Assembly (NCBI RefSeq): GCF_006345805.1
Contig: NC_042997.1
Span: forward strand, 93,930,001-93,994,000
Source of the DNA: Octopus sinensis
Lineage: Eukaryota
Direction of reading: 5' to 3'
Length of the DNA: 64,000 bases
Shown here: positions 12,070-25,332 of the stretch, piece after piece
Numbering within the stretch: position 1 is the first letter of the stretch
Layout of the letters: the number at the start of each line of letters is the position of its first letter
Notes under the pieces: model-generated
Told to the model about the DNA's origin: nothing
The model's database searches: none
What the model saw: only the letters and a program-made list of their open reading frames with translations
Position numbers and translations under genes: made by a program

Positions 12070-13763
12070 GAAGGTGTGATCCCCAGTGACTGCTACAAGT
12101 TTAAAGGAGATGTCTTAGAAGTAATTATAGAGCATCAAATTGCTGGACCAGACGATGAAAGTTACGGAACGGGTTATAACTGAATTAATTAGGAACAGAA
12201 TTAAACTAAATGAAATGCAGTTTGGCTTTGTGCCGGAAAGAAGCACAACTGATGCTTTTTTCATTGTCGTGAACTGCAATAGAAGTGTTTAGATAAGAAT
12301 AAATCGTTGTCCTTGACATTTTCCGATTTAGAGAAAGCTTTCGAACTTCTTTGCTCTGTGATATAGTTTTTGATTTTTGTTTTGTTCCTTCTCGAGCCAT
12401 GCCTAGCTCATAAGGGCCGTTTTTCCCGGTTTCTTGACGTATAGGTTCCCCACCTGGACGGGACGCCGGTCCGTCGCAGGTGAGCTGCAAGATGCAGGAA
12501 GAAAGAGTGAGAGAAAGTTGTGGCGGAAGAGTCACAGAAGTTCGCCATTACCTTCTGCCGGAGCCACGTGGTGCTTAGGTGTTTCGCTCATAAACACATA
12601 CATCGCCCGGTCTGAGATTCGAACCGGCGATCCCTCGACCGCGAGTCCGCTGCTCTAACCACTAGGCCATGTGCCTCCACTCTGTGATATAGTGGTCTCT
12701 GAGGAAGCTAGGGGTAGACAAATGGCTTGTGAGAACAGTACAGGCCATGTACAGGGGTGCTGTTAAGGCAAGAGTTAGCCATGAGAACTGGTGAATTTAG
12801 TGTACAGATAGGCGTTCATCAAGGCTCGGTGCTCAGTCCCCCCTATTCATCACTGTCCACTAGGTCATAACAGATGAATTTAAAATCAGATGCCCGTGAG
12901 AACTACTATACGCCAATGATCTTGGTCGCATAACAGAATCTGTAACAGAACTAGAAAAGAAATTCCAGGTGAGTAAGCAAGGATTCAGATAGGACCCTAC
13001 CCACTTCGGGCAAATGGTCCTATCCGATACGTAGCAAAGGTTTAGGCAAAAATTCCATTCGGTGCACCCAAATGCAAGTTATGGACACACAAGTTGTGCA
13101 GTAAAATAATAGGAAGGTTAACAGAGAAAGTGGCCGTTTGCATGTGGAAGATGTACAAGAGCCATAAAGTCTACAGATAGACCGAAAATTAATATAATTT
13201 TCTTTAATTCCCTGGAAATTCTCTGGAGCTTGTGGATAATTTATGCTACGTAGGTGACCTAATTAGCAGTGGAGGTGGATGTATCGAAAGTGTAATTGTT
13301 AGAATAAGAATAGGAAGGAGAAACTTCACAGCTTTTACTTCTGTTGGCAACCAAAGTTCTCTCCCCGAGAGAAAGAATGATTGCATAATGCATGTGTATA
13401 AACTGCAATGCTACATGGTAGCGAAACGTGAGCCCTAATGCAGAGGACATGCAAAGATTAGAGAGGAATGAAGCTAGTGTGCTCCGCTGGATGTGTGATG
13501 TCAGTGTACATGTACAACAGAGTGCTAGAGTATTGAGATAGAAGTTAATCATAAGGGGAGTTATGGCTGTGTGACGCGTATAGATAAGAATAGTTGTGTA
13601 AAGAAGTGTCAATCACTTAAAGTAGATGGAACTTGTAGAAGAGGGGAACCCAGGAAGACATGGACAAAGTATTGAAGGCCTGTCTCAAGACGCTGAGCCT
13701 TACGAAAGAAATGACAAAGGATTGAGATATCTGGCGCCTTGCTCTAATCAAGAAGTTCCGTCC
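12070..13763 (+). mobile_element. Decayed RTE-type non-LTR retrotransposon (RT domain to C-terminus), interrupted by a SINE
   Basis: Frame-shifted translations EGVIPSD, EMQFGFVPERSTTDAFFIV, DLEKAFE, GVHQGSVLSP, ELLYAND (YADD), YVGDLISSGGGC, ERNEASVLRWMC, RRGEPRKTW. Confidence 0.9.
12368..12679 (-). mobile_element. tRNA-derived SINE (body type 2) with 14-bp target-site duplication, inside the RTE
   Basis: A box tggcctagtggtt and B box ggttcgaatc on the minus strand. TSD ctctgtgatatagt at 12354-12367 and 12680-12693. Confidence 0.93.
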
Positions 13764-13807
13764 ATGAAAGTACAGATAACCTAAAAATCACCTTGGTAAC
13801 GTCTGTC

Positions 13808-13976
13808 TTTACGTTCTGAGTTCAAATTCCGCCGAGGTCGACTTTGCCTTTCATCCATTCGGGGTCGATTAAATAAGTACCAGTTATGCACTGGAGTCGA
13901 TATAATCGACTTAATCCGTTTGTTTGTCCTTGTTTGTCCTCTCTGTGTTTAGCCCCTTGTGGGTAGTAAAGAAATA
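13808..13976 (+). mobile_element. 5'-truncated Meta-type SINE, tail class B
   Basis: tttacgttctgagttcaaattccgccgaggtcgac...gtgggtagtaaagaaata. Degenerate TSD ggtaacgtctgtc (13795-13807) / ggtaatgtttgtc (13977-13989). Confidence 0.9.
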
Positions 13977-14340
13977 GGTAATGTTTGTCCATGAATGTTC
14001 TGTCCCACCTCACCTCCATCCTCTCTGTCCCGTCAACCTTTTCGCTCCTCATTTCATCCCCTAACACCCATCGTCTGTCACCTGAGAGAATAGGCACATA
14101 CTACATCCTTTGGCTTTCTCAGTTACCTCCCTTGCCTCGCACCAACCACTTTCATTTCCCATTATCTTCCTCGCCTACTGTCTCGACCAATCACCTTCTT
14201 TCTCTCCCTTCAGCTGTCAGTCATCATTAACGCCTCGCCTACCTGCTATCACCCTCAATGTCCTCACTTACCTACTGCTACACCCGCTCCGGGCCTCTCA
14301 TATATGCAAAGAAACGAAATAGTAAACGGTCTTATGAATG

Positions 14341-14769
14341 AAAGTTTGATAATTGCGTTTATTTCCACCACGTGACACTTATGTGATCAACGTGTTGTCT
14401 ATCGAAAGAGTGCTCTTTGGTACAAGTAAATGCCACTGAAATCATTTCAAACCTTTCCGGTTTCTCTTATCAAAACGGCTAGAACTTGTGCAACTATTGT
14501 CGTCCGGGAAGAGGGCTTTTTATGCTCAAGAAAGAGAGTGTGGATTAAGTTAGTTTGAGTCACAAAATGAAGCAAAAAATCTGAAAATATATTATCTCAA
14601 ACATATTCATTCCTTATTCATTTGAACCAAAAAATTTATTGCGAAATATTTGACGAAAAAGTTATAGACGTTTAAAAATCGAAACACTATTTTTAGCCAA
14701 TAATTAACTTTCGTTGTAGCGAACAGTGTCGACTTTATGGTTGTACCCGGTGTAAGGTTGTACCCTGTG
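14341..14769 (-). mobile_element. Possible terminal fragment of a DNA transposon (Tc1/pogo-like end)
   Basis: The minus strand starts caggtcacacagggtacaaccttacaccgggtacaacc, a tandem sub-terminal motif, and contains ctataactttttcgtcaaatatttcg. No partner TIR was found. Confidence 0.3.
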
Positions 14770-15949
14770 TGACCTGTTCATTCTAGGTTTCTAAAGAAAG
14801 ATAAATACCTCATGAAGTCATGTTTTTATTTTTTGCGGGGTTATATTAATGTATTTGTCTGTGTATTTGGATAAATTTTTACAAGAGCACCCGTATTAGC
14901 AGCTATTTGCCATAACGGCGGGTCCTTTATCGCATATAGCTGTTACGTGGTATCAGGGCTTGTGAGAAATAGCAGCCAAATCTTTCTTTTTCTGGGTTCC
15001 GGAAAACTTCGAGATCCCCTCTTTCTCTTCCGTAAAAAAGTGGTTTGCGACGGGTTTGGCGGTCAGATGCATTTAATGCACGTGTAAAATCCGAGAGTTT
15101 TCTTTTTTCTTCCTGTCCTCACTGACAAAAGTTCATTACATCCATTGTGAGTGCCCCGCCAGTACAAATTCCCCCGAACCACTTTCTTAGTTATAGTGTG
15201 TTTAGATTTATTACACTTTTTTTAAGGGATAACACACTTTTCTTTTCGAAATAATATGTAGCATCCACCTCTGTTTTCAAAATGACTTGGGTGCGGCCAT
15301 TCTAGGCTTTTACCAACAAGCAAAAAGTAAACAAACAGAAAAACTTCACGAAATATATGTAAAATACTGCGAAAATTCACGAAAAATACCTAAAATTAAT
15401 TTCTAATTGATATAAGCACAGGTAATGGACGATTTATAAAGTTTGCACAGAAATAACAAAATCGAAACATGTACAGAGAAACTGCGTGCAGACAAGAAGA
15501 CTCAGCACAGCGAGTCATATGTTGCTATGGTAACTAGCTGTTAATGCCTCGCTGTCTGTTGATTGGCTAAACTTACACAAATTTTTCAACTTTAATTCCA
15601 AATAACATCAAATTCTTTAATTTACGAGATAACGTAATTGGTTGAGTGTAATCAAAATTCCCAACTCCATCCATAGCCTAAATTTGGAAACAATCTGAGC
15701 AAAATTAAAGGGGACTGATTTTGTGACTTAAACTAACTAGATCCGAAAATGTTTACTCATCTCTATCATTACAATTAAAATTAATATTTTGATTTTGTTC
15801 GCTTCTATGAATTTACTTGCTTTTAAATGCTTCCGTCCATGGCTTTATACAAGAAAAAAGAAATTGGAAAATCCGGACCAAAACAGAGAAATTCTAACTT
15901 AACAAAAAAATATACAAAGAGAAAGGAAAGATTTTCGAAAGCCAAAAGA

Positions 15950-16860
15950 ACCCTTTGCATCACAAATTTCATCAGCCATGATACTGAAATAGTCAGCCTT
16001 CATCGCTTCGTTAATGATTTACCTCCTGATGGCCTTTGCAAGAGAATCAATCAGTTGATTCTGGATAACAGGAGATAAATATTTGACATTCTTCGGTGCA
16101 TTTTCCAGAGAGGCTGCAAATTCAGGATTATCTTTTGCTTTCCACTTAATAAAAGAAAATTTAAATTACCGTCTTCTTCCTTCTTCTCATGGGACCAGCT
16201 TCCTCTAAATGAAATTCCTCTTTTTGCAAGGGAAGTGATTACATCAAGAATGCATAAAAGAGATAATCTGTTCTCTTCAACTCGCTGAGCATATGCTTCA
16301 GAAAGATGTTCTGTGATTGATTTCTTTTCTTCTTGGCATATCATCAAAAATTCCTCAGCCATTTTTATTGCTCCTTGATGGGTTCTGACTTTTCATGACG
16401 AGTTAGAGACTCTCTTTCTTGACCACAGGCATTCTTCCAATCCTGGAATGGTTTGGTAACAAATTCAGGATTGCTCATATCTTGGACAGCAAAGCAAATA
16501 CACACCAAACAAAAAACTGCATCCAGTGACTTAGAGTGACCTAAGCCATGGAAACTTTTCTTACCACGCTGGAGAATACCTTCTGGTGATACGTTGGGTA
16601 TGTAAACTGCTCTTTGGTGCCTTTCACTTCTGCTGAAGAATGGTCTTGCGCTCATTGTCACCCATAGATGCTCGACTAACTAGTCCAATATCAAGTTCGG
16701 GCGAATTTTACATTCCTTGTTCCTGAATTCCAAAGACCCCGCTTTTTGAGATGGCTTGTATTTGTAGTATTGAGTTGCTAGATGTCAGATATTCATTGCT
16801 GGCATTACTAGTTTGGTATAGAAATATTATTTACATATATTTATTCGTTTGCCCGACATG
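15950..16860 (-). pseudogene. Truncated hAT-superfamily transposase (TTF-type zinc finger + DUF4371; ZMYM1/THAP12-like)
   Basis: HSKSLDAVFCLVC...KPFQDWKNA...RHEKSEPH-like segment, LAKRGISFRGS, EDGNLNFLL. In another frame: ENAPKNVKYLSPVIQNQLID...YFSIMADEICD (first catalytic Asp). Contains stops and frameshifts; C-terminal half absent. Confidence 0.85.
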
Positions 16861-17115
16861 TAGTTAGAGATGTAGCAATAATTGTAGTAACAGTGACAAT
16901 AAGTTCGTTCGCTGGTTGGTAGCTGATAGTATTGAAGTTACTGCCTGCCAGTAGAAAGAGAAAGAGTAATGAATGCACGGTGCTGACTAGAAAGGAAGAA
17001 AGGATAAATGTGGCATCGACTTCCTTGCAGCCGAAATCTTCTCTTTTGTGTCAGCTATGACCAAGGAGCAACGCCTTTTCTTCGCCTTCGCTCGAGAAGA
17101 AAGACAATGCCACCT

Positions 17116-17203
17116 TTATTATATCGGTGTCTTTTACCGGACCTCTAAGTTACGGGGTGTAAACACACTAACGTCTGTTATCAAGCGATAGTGGGAGTAC
17201 AAA

Positions 17204-17246
<43 letters not shown>

Positions 17247-17417
17247 GCGCGTACACACACACATATACGACGGGGTTCTTTCAGTTTCCATCAACCAAAT
17301 CAACTCACAAGGTTGGCCCAAGACTATAGTAGAAGGCATCCATTCAAGGTGCCACACAGTGGGACTGAACCTGAAACCTTGTGGTTGGGATGGAAGCTTC
17401 TTACCACGCAGCCACTA
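17116..17417 (-). mobile_element. tRNA-derived SINE with internal (CA)n (family also at 38662, 43370, 44435, 55943)
   Basis: Minus-strand head gtggctgcgtggtaagaagc...ggtttcaggttcagtcccactg; ttctttcagtttcc and gttacgggg blocks. Confidence 0.85.
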
Positions 17418-17706
17418 CATTTTGAGACATACGTGTACATATATATTTATACTTTATTGAAGCTTGGAGAGAAAGTAAAACAAATACTTACTGGTAATTA
17501 CAACAGACTCTGAATGGAAGGGAAGATAATCTCAATGAATCAATAATCAATGTCATAAATTAACATGACATTAAGGAACTGACAATGCATTGTACTGGAG
17601 GCAAGGCGACAGCTTTCAGCAAGTGTCTCTACTTCAATGGACGTAATCAGCATAGCATTTTCCTGTGTTGATTCAAGCTAGAGATAAGAATTACACACAC
17701 ACACAC

Positions 17707-17768
<62 letters not shown>

Positions 17769-17907
17769 TATCATATATATATATTATATATATATACATA
17801 CATACATATGTGTGTATATATATATATGCATATTTATATATATGTATATATATAAATATACATAAATACATATGTAAATAATATATATGCAATTTATATA
17901 TTATCTA

Positions 17908-17957
<50 letters not shown>

Positions 17958-18905
17958 TATATATGTATATGCATACGCATTCATATGCATACATACACAC
18001 AAACACACACACATATGTATACATATATATGTTTTTACGCGAACAAATTCAAATTAAACGATACAGCAGTTGAATATATTGTGCGTAACACCGTAATGGT
18101 GATACTTCATGACTTCAATTTCCATAGTAAGGAATATCTTCCGAACAATCTTCTATCCTCAGATAAATGTTTCTCTTTAATTTTACTTGGCTACGGAGAA
18201 AATGGTTAACAATGGTGAACAAAATATTTGATGACATGTTAGGGGTATCGGATCGCAAAGAGCATAAGTCATTATTTATTAATTATAGTCTGAGGTGAGT
18301 TACTTCCATAGGATTAAGATTGTGAATGTAAGTGAAATTTGAGATTTTGATAAGATAAGGTTCTCACTTTGAAAGTAGAAAAGGAAGCTGAAGCTACGAT
18401 TGGTATAATGAATTCCTGTATGTGTTATAATTGCATTGGATTGAAATATTTTCCGTAAGTTTACTGAAACGCATCTGGTGTGTGATTGCTCTAAAAACCA
18501 CCACAAAACGAAGTGAGCTACGAAACCTCTACGAAAAGTGAGCTATGGTTAAATTAAGAATTATGTCTCTTGGCACTCCCACCACAAAAAAATGCCTCTG
18601 GGGGAGTTGGAAAGCGAGAAGGGTTTTCTGGAAATGTGTGTTTGGGAAATGTAAGTTTTTGGGATTGGTGTTCTTGTAGAGTTGGAATGCATTCAATGGT
18701 ACTGTACGTGTAGCGTTTTCGTGAGGGAACAGGATAAGTACCCAAAGATTGTATAAGTACCCGAATGCTTCTGTGTGTTTTGTTTATGGTTTGGCTAAAT
18801 TGTTTGGAGTATTTGTGTATAGAGTGTGTCTAGCGGTACTATATATACATACATACATACATACATACATACATACATACATACATACATACATACATAC
18901 ATACA

Positions 18906-18952
<47 letters not shown>

Positions 18953-18954
18953 GT

Positions 18955-19024
<70 letters not shown>

Positions 19025-19033
<9 letters not shown>

Positions 19034-19675
19034 GAGGGCACTATTACACATAAATGCCGCACGCTAGGAGGGACTTTTAAAGTCAAAACTACCAAAATAA
19101 ACAAATTGTACTGAATGCAATTTTCGAAGCGAGTCATTTAAAAACAGAATTTAGTTGCAGATCACTTGTGATTTCGCAATCAATGCAGTATTTGCATTTT
19201 TTGTTCGTCAGTGCAACGAATTCAAGATATATATGAATGAACAAAAATAACATACCAGACAGGCAACCATCGTGTTCCATCGCAGCATATAGGACTGTTC
19301 ATCCCTACATATCTTTTCGAATTGCATTTCGGTAACAACGTGTTACTTTGGAACAAAAATTCAGTATTGAATTGTTCCGGTGAAAAATATAAATTTAAGA
19401 ATAGGATAAAATCTTCATAAGAATTTATCAAGTTGTCAGCGGGAAAAACCTCGTAAGAGAAAAAATTGGTAAATTTTTCCAACTTGAAAATATTTATTTA
19501 TATTATATAGAGGGCACTATTGCACATAAATGCCACACGATAGGAGGGACTTTTAAAGTCAGAACTAACAAAATAAACAAATTGTACCGAATGTAATTTT
19601 CGAAGCGAGTCATTTAAAAACAGAATTTAGTTGCAGATCACCTGTGATTTCGCAACCAATGCAGTATTTGCATTT

Positions 19676-19676
<1 letters not shown>
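19025..19676 (+). repeat. Pair of 176-bp direct repeats (19025-19200, 19501-19676) between (TA)n tracts
   Basis: tattatatagagggcactatt...gcagtatttgcatttt occurs twice at offset 476, with 9 substitutions by my count. Confidence 0.92.
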
Positions 19677-19736
<60 letters not shown>

Positions 19737-20131
19737 CTGCTAAGGAAGACAACAAGCATTTAATAATATTTTTTCCAATAATAATATTGTATACGACTTG
19801 AGATGCTTACCTTACCTTAATGTTTGTTGTCCTCTTTAACAATTATTTATCTGCTGCATCGGAATTCTGCAATGGTTCCATAACTACTGTCTCGACTATA
19901 ACCTTGAAGCCCTAGTAATTCGTTAAGGCACTTAGCGTACCTAATCTTTTAGATCACCTGTAAACTAAACCCCCATACTTCGTGTATATATATATATAAT
20001 TATGTGAAATAGAAAGATGAATAATCTTGTAGTAGATTAATCAAAAGTTTAACCGATACCTTAGTAGCAAAAATCACAGCAGTAAACAGCACGGTTGGAG
20101 GTACAACCATCTGGCGTTGCAACCAATAATG

Positions 20132-20211
<80 letters not shown>

Positions 20212-20304
20212 GTATATATAATTACAGACAAGAAAGTAAACTTCGAACGCAGTAAATTTTCTTTCTTGTATGTTAAAATACAAAAGACAGTCGGCATATA
20301 TACA

Positions 20305-20372
<68 letters not shown>

Positions 20373-20440
20373 CATGGCTCAGTTAGTCGTTACTGTGACT
20401 CTCTTGTTGCTCTTGGTTCAGCAGTTGAGGAAGAGATGAA

Positions 20441-20519
<79 letters not shown>

Positions 20520-20648
20520 AATCTATCCACACACACACTCACATACACATACACACGTACACACACATATACACACACACACGTACACACACATATGTAT
20601 GTATGTATGTATGTATGTATATATATATATATGTATATATATGTATAC

Positions 20649-20706
<58 letters not shown>

Positions 20707-21120
20707 GCAGAGAAAAAGGAAGTGAGATAGGCATATATAGAGTTCAGCATCACGAGAAGACTATTTCGTTTACAGAGACTGTGTAAAGCGGTCGTGATGC
20801 AATATAAGTATCGTGTTCTGCCGTGTGGTTGTAAAATGAAATAGCATACGAAAATGTGTCGCAATCTCTTCGAAATGTTATCTTAGCAGCAGGGAACGGA
20901 AGTCGAAAGACTGCATATATATAAATAAGCAATGAAAATTGCATAAGACAACGTAGAATATAAATATTCTGTACATGAATATATATTTAGCAAATTGAAA
21001 TCCCATATGGCATATATATATATATATATTTTTATATATATATATACGTATGTAATTGGATAGTGAAAGTCAAGGAAGATAATAAATACCGACAATGAGA
21101 TATATATATATATACATTAG

Positions 21121-21166
<46 letters not shown>

Positions 21167-21336
21167 GCGTGCACACACACATGCGCACGCACGTCGTTAG
21201 TAGACATGAGTCTCATAAGGATTCTGAATATTTGTTTAAAGTGTCTGAATGTCTGCCTGACTGTCTCTTTCAATGTGTATCGTTCTCTGTCTGTCTATAT
21301 ATATTTTATTCACATATATATTTACACACATAGTGT

Positions 21337-21369
<33 letters not shown>

Positions 21370-21374
21370 CGCAC

Positions 21375-21437
<63 letters not shown>

Positions 21438-22277
21438 AATCGGACCAAAGCAAATATGCTATTTTTTATTTATAAATATTTCCACACACACACACATTTC
21501 CATATACATATATACAGGCGTTTATATCATTCAACTTGCGAGTTATTTGTGTGAAAATAAGCAATTTTGTACGTTGTCTCGTTCTGGGATCCTTAACAAT
21601 TACAATTACAAAGAATTGTGTTTACAAATGCAAAAAGATGATTAATCATGAGAGTGAATTTAATATAAGGAACAAAAGTAGTTTAAAAAAAAAAAATCCT
21701 CAAAATTAATAGTGAAGATTTCAGAGTTAGAGTTACAGACATATTTCGTGGCATATTTCCTTCAGAAATTCTCTTCCCTGTATATAACAACACTTTATGT
21801 CTTTGTATTTACGAGATTATTGTTGTTGCTGTTGCTAACTCACTGGCAGGTCAAATACGAACTGTAGTCCAGCCATTCCCGTCAAGACTTTGCATGTAAT
21901 CCAGCTTCCATCATCCAGAATCAGATTGCACATTCAATAGTCTTTTCTTTTAAGGTGTGACGTGAATTCATGGACATTTAGCTGTTGTTTCTTGCAGTTC
22001 TCTTGGTTCATCATCAGTTGTGCACGAAGCTGATCGCGTACTATCCTACTGATGCCACTCACAACATGTAGCAATTTCGAATTTTTCTAATTGTTTTGGC
22101 AGAAACAGAATTCGTCGTTTTGCTCGACTGCTGACTGAGAGCAATATATCTAGAATGCTACAGATATCCTACCCAATCAATTAATGCTTTATGATACAAA
22201 TGGTTTCATACTCACTTTTATTAACAGTTTAGTAACAAGTTGAAGCAATGGTTTATTTACATATTTTACTTGTTGTT

Positions 22278-23480
22278 CCCAAAGGAAGGGGCTGTGTCCA
22301 TAGCCTTCGCAGGTCCTCAGATACCAGTGAAACTGATGCCGTTAATGCTCCGCTTATTCTGTTGCATTTAGACATCTGTAGCAAAGATATAACAAGAGAA
22401 GAGATTGTCGAGGGCTGGGAAGGGTATGGAAAGTAATGCCTGGGAAGGGCATGAAAACATTATGGGTAACGAGAATAGAAGAGATGAATGACTCGGGAGT
22501 ACATGAGTGAATGAGACTCAAGATTAGGTTAGCTCTGAGGAACATAGGTCATTATGGTAGCAGTAGAGAAGAAACAGCAGGGTCCGTGAGTTAAATGCTT
22601 GAGTGTGTCTGGATGTGATTTATGTAAATCGATCTATTGGCCTTTCTTCGGATATAGCCTGGGATATCTGTATGCAGAAGCAGCAACAATTCAAATTTGA
22701 AAGCAATTCTTCAACGTGGGCTCCATTTGAGCTTTGTAAAGTATCAGCAAGTGATAAAGACTAACGAATGTTTTGGCTCTAAAGAGAAGAGTCAATATTT
22801 CGGATGCGATCCTTGAACTCCTCCGTGATATTAATGTGTCTCATATTGAGTAACATTCAGAGATCTAGTTGAAAGTTACGCATTCATGTAGGTGTTATCT
22901 GGTGCAAGCATGTTTTTTGATATGACTTGGACTTGTGTTTCTGTGATGCTGAAAGATTAAAGATGGGCAAAGCACCACTTTGGGATGTGTTCAAGGTCTC
23001 TGTTAAATGGAATTATTTCAGATTTGTGTGTGTGTTATCATGGTTGCATGTAAATGATTTTTGTTAGGGAAGGTTAGGGAAGAATGAAAGATTATATCAT
23101 CTGTGTAAGAATGGGTGCTGTTGGACGAGAAGGTAAGTATATCATTGATGTAGAGAGGGAAGAATGGGTACAAAACCGAACTCTGGAGCACATCGGAGCT
23201 GATTGATTTGGGGATAGGAAGATTTCCATCAATATGCATTGAAATGAGGTGATCTGGTTGGAGGCTATCGATCCAAGAGATGGAAAATGGATAGAGTTCG
23301 TAGGCAGGTAGTTTAGATTCGCATGCAAGTAGTAGAAGGAAGCTTTATTGTTGTCTTCGTCGATATTATCGAAGATAGTGTTATGATGAAGTTCAAGAAA
23401 GAATACGCTGTTTCTGCTTCGGTTTCTTAGAAAACATTGGAAATTAAAAAAAAACACCAAATTGCTTTGACTGTGGAAAC
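22278..23480 (-). mobile_element. Heavily decayed jockey/CR1-group non-LTR RT relic
   Basis: IDGNLPIPKSISSDVLQSSVLYPFFPLYINDIL...HSYTDD resembles SGVPQGSVLSP..YIND..HSYADD. Upstream decayed QYGFR/SKAF-like segments. Confidence 0.75.
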
Positions 23481-24374
23481 ATTGTGTAAAATAATTACAC
23501 AAAATTTCCACTGCTAAAGCAATCTAGTCGAAGACCAAGTTATTAAGGAAGTGAACTGTAAATCCCTATTTGATCTGTTTGTACCAAAATGAAATATGAG
23601 CTGTTTTTTCAAGAAACGCTCGGGCTCTGTCAGACTCGGGATTTCACTACCCTGGTTAATCAGTGGTTATGTGTGATTCTTGTTCCACAAAAACTGAAAT
23701 ACTGACAAATGCATAAAAAAATAAGCCAAATAGCAACGTAATGTAATGATGGCAGGGAACGAGAGATTTCCAAATGAACAGCAACTGTAATTCCGTATAC
23801 GACGCAAAATGAAACACCATTTTCATGTAAATGTGTGCCTCCCACATGGGAAATCATTTTAATCTTGTTTCTCTATGCTTATACAATTACTTCTAAACTG
23901 GTCAGCCTTTAGGCCCTGTATGTATATTTAATATTGATAATCTGTATATGAGTGAAGCTCTGTAGAATGCACGTTAGCCTTAGGATGTGTTGGAAATCTA
24001 ATCAAGACACTGCAATATATGTGTTCGTAGAAGTGATCGTATGGATATGAGATTCCGTTCTTCAGGAAGTAAAGTAATTAATCCAATGCTTTGTCATTAA
24101 TGATGCTAAATTCTAATGCGGAAAACAGCACACATGAATAGCGATAAGCTACTTAGCAGCTGAGTCCACTACTCGGTTTCGATTCGCTGATGTAATTTAA
24201 TTTAACATCATTTACATACGAGCTAGTGTTCAAAACGACATGGATCCCACAATTGCAATATTGTAGTTTTGCTCTCCTGTGAATCTTAAACATTGTGCGC
24301 AATAAAAAGAAACAGAAATCTTTAAGAAAAAAACTCGAACATCACACAATCTTTTGACTGTTTCAAGTGTAACG

Positions 24375-24502
24375 TACGAGGTCGAGTCAGAAAGTAATGC
24401 AATTTTTATTTGCATTCCTTTTTGACTAACTCTCGTATACACTGAAGTGAGTTAAAATGTGATGCAAATAAAAACTGAATTACTTCCTGACCCACTTTCG
24501 TA
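24375..24502. mobile_element. Mariner-derived miniature inverted-repeat element(s)
   Basis: TA-cgaggtcgagtcagaaagtaatgcaa...ttgcattcctttttgactaactctcg-TA forms a 63-bp near-palindrome. A second right TIR ends ...cttcctgacccactttcg-TA at 24502. Confidence 0.65.
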
Positions 24503-25092
24503 CCGGGTCATTTCTTGATCAATTGTTTTTTTTTATCTGCGTTAGATTGAGAAAATATGCCCCATTAATATAAAGAAGATGATGTAATCGACTACACTTC
24601 TCTCCTTTAACATTATGCTTTTTAAGTAACAAATAATACTTCATAAGGCCTGCGGGTATTGTATTCTATGTGCTTCAGGGTTTAACATATATTCTAACAG
24701 TTTTTGCTTTTAATCTATTCGAGACGAAAAAACTATTTTAGGGTTGTGTTAGTTACATACGGTATACAAGAGCCTTGTGTGTAAGAATGAAAGTATTCAT
24801 TGTACTGCAAAGCCTTTTAATGTGTGTCTCCTTTTCACACGAACTCAACATTTCAGAATTACGTGCTGAATCTCATCATCAAGTATGTAGTAGATGCGCG
24901 GCCGAAGACAAAGACTTCAGCTCACACAGAAGTTTAACCTTCCATAGAGAAGACTAAATACTCGGGAGTTGAACTAAGTATTGTAACCTAACAAAACAAA
25001 ATTTCAATTTACAGCTGTACTGTTCTTTACAGTGTCGAATCTAAAGATTCCGAGAGTCCTATTTACAACTGGGGACATTCAGACATTCAGTT

Positions 25093-25332
25093 GAGGCGCG
25101 TGGCTTAGTAGTCATGGTGTTGGACTCATGATCGTAAGATCATGGTTTCGATTCCTGGACTCGGTGACGCTTTGTGTTCTTGAGCAAAACACTTCATTTC
25201 ATGTTGCCCCAGTCCACTCAGCTGGGAAAAACGAGTAATCCTACGACGGACCAGCGTCCCGTCCAGGTGGGGAATTTATACGCCATGGAAAACGGGAAAC
25301 TGGGCCTTATGAGTCAGCATGACTCGAGAAGG
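25093..25332 (+). mobile_element. tRNA-derived CORE-type SINE
   Basis: A box tggcttagtagt, B box gtttcgattcc, CORE-like cttgagcaaaacacttcatttcatgttgccccagtccactcagctgg, tail cctacgacggaccagcgtcccgtccaggtgggg. Confidence 0.88.

Noticed and set aside
19222-19482. 86-aa ORF filling the spacer between the direct repeats
   Set aside because: Non-ATG start, no recognisable domain, and no LTR hallmarks around it.
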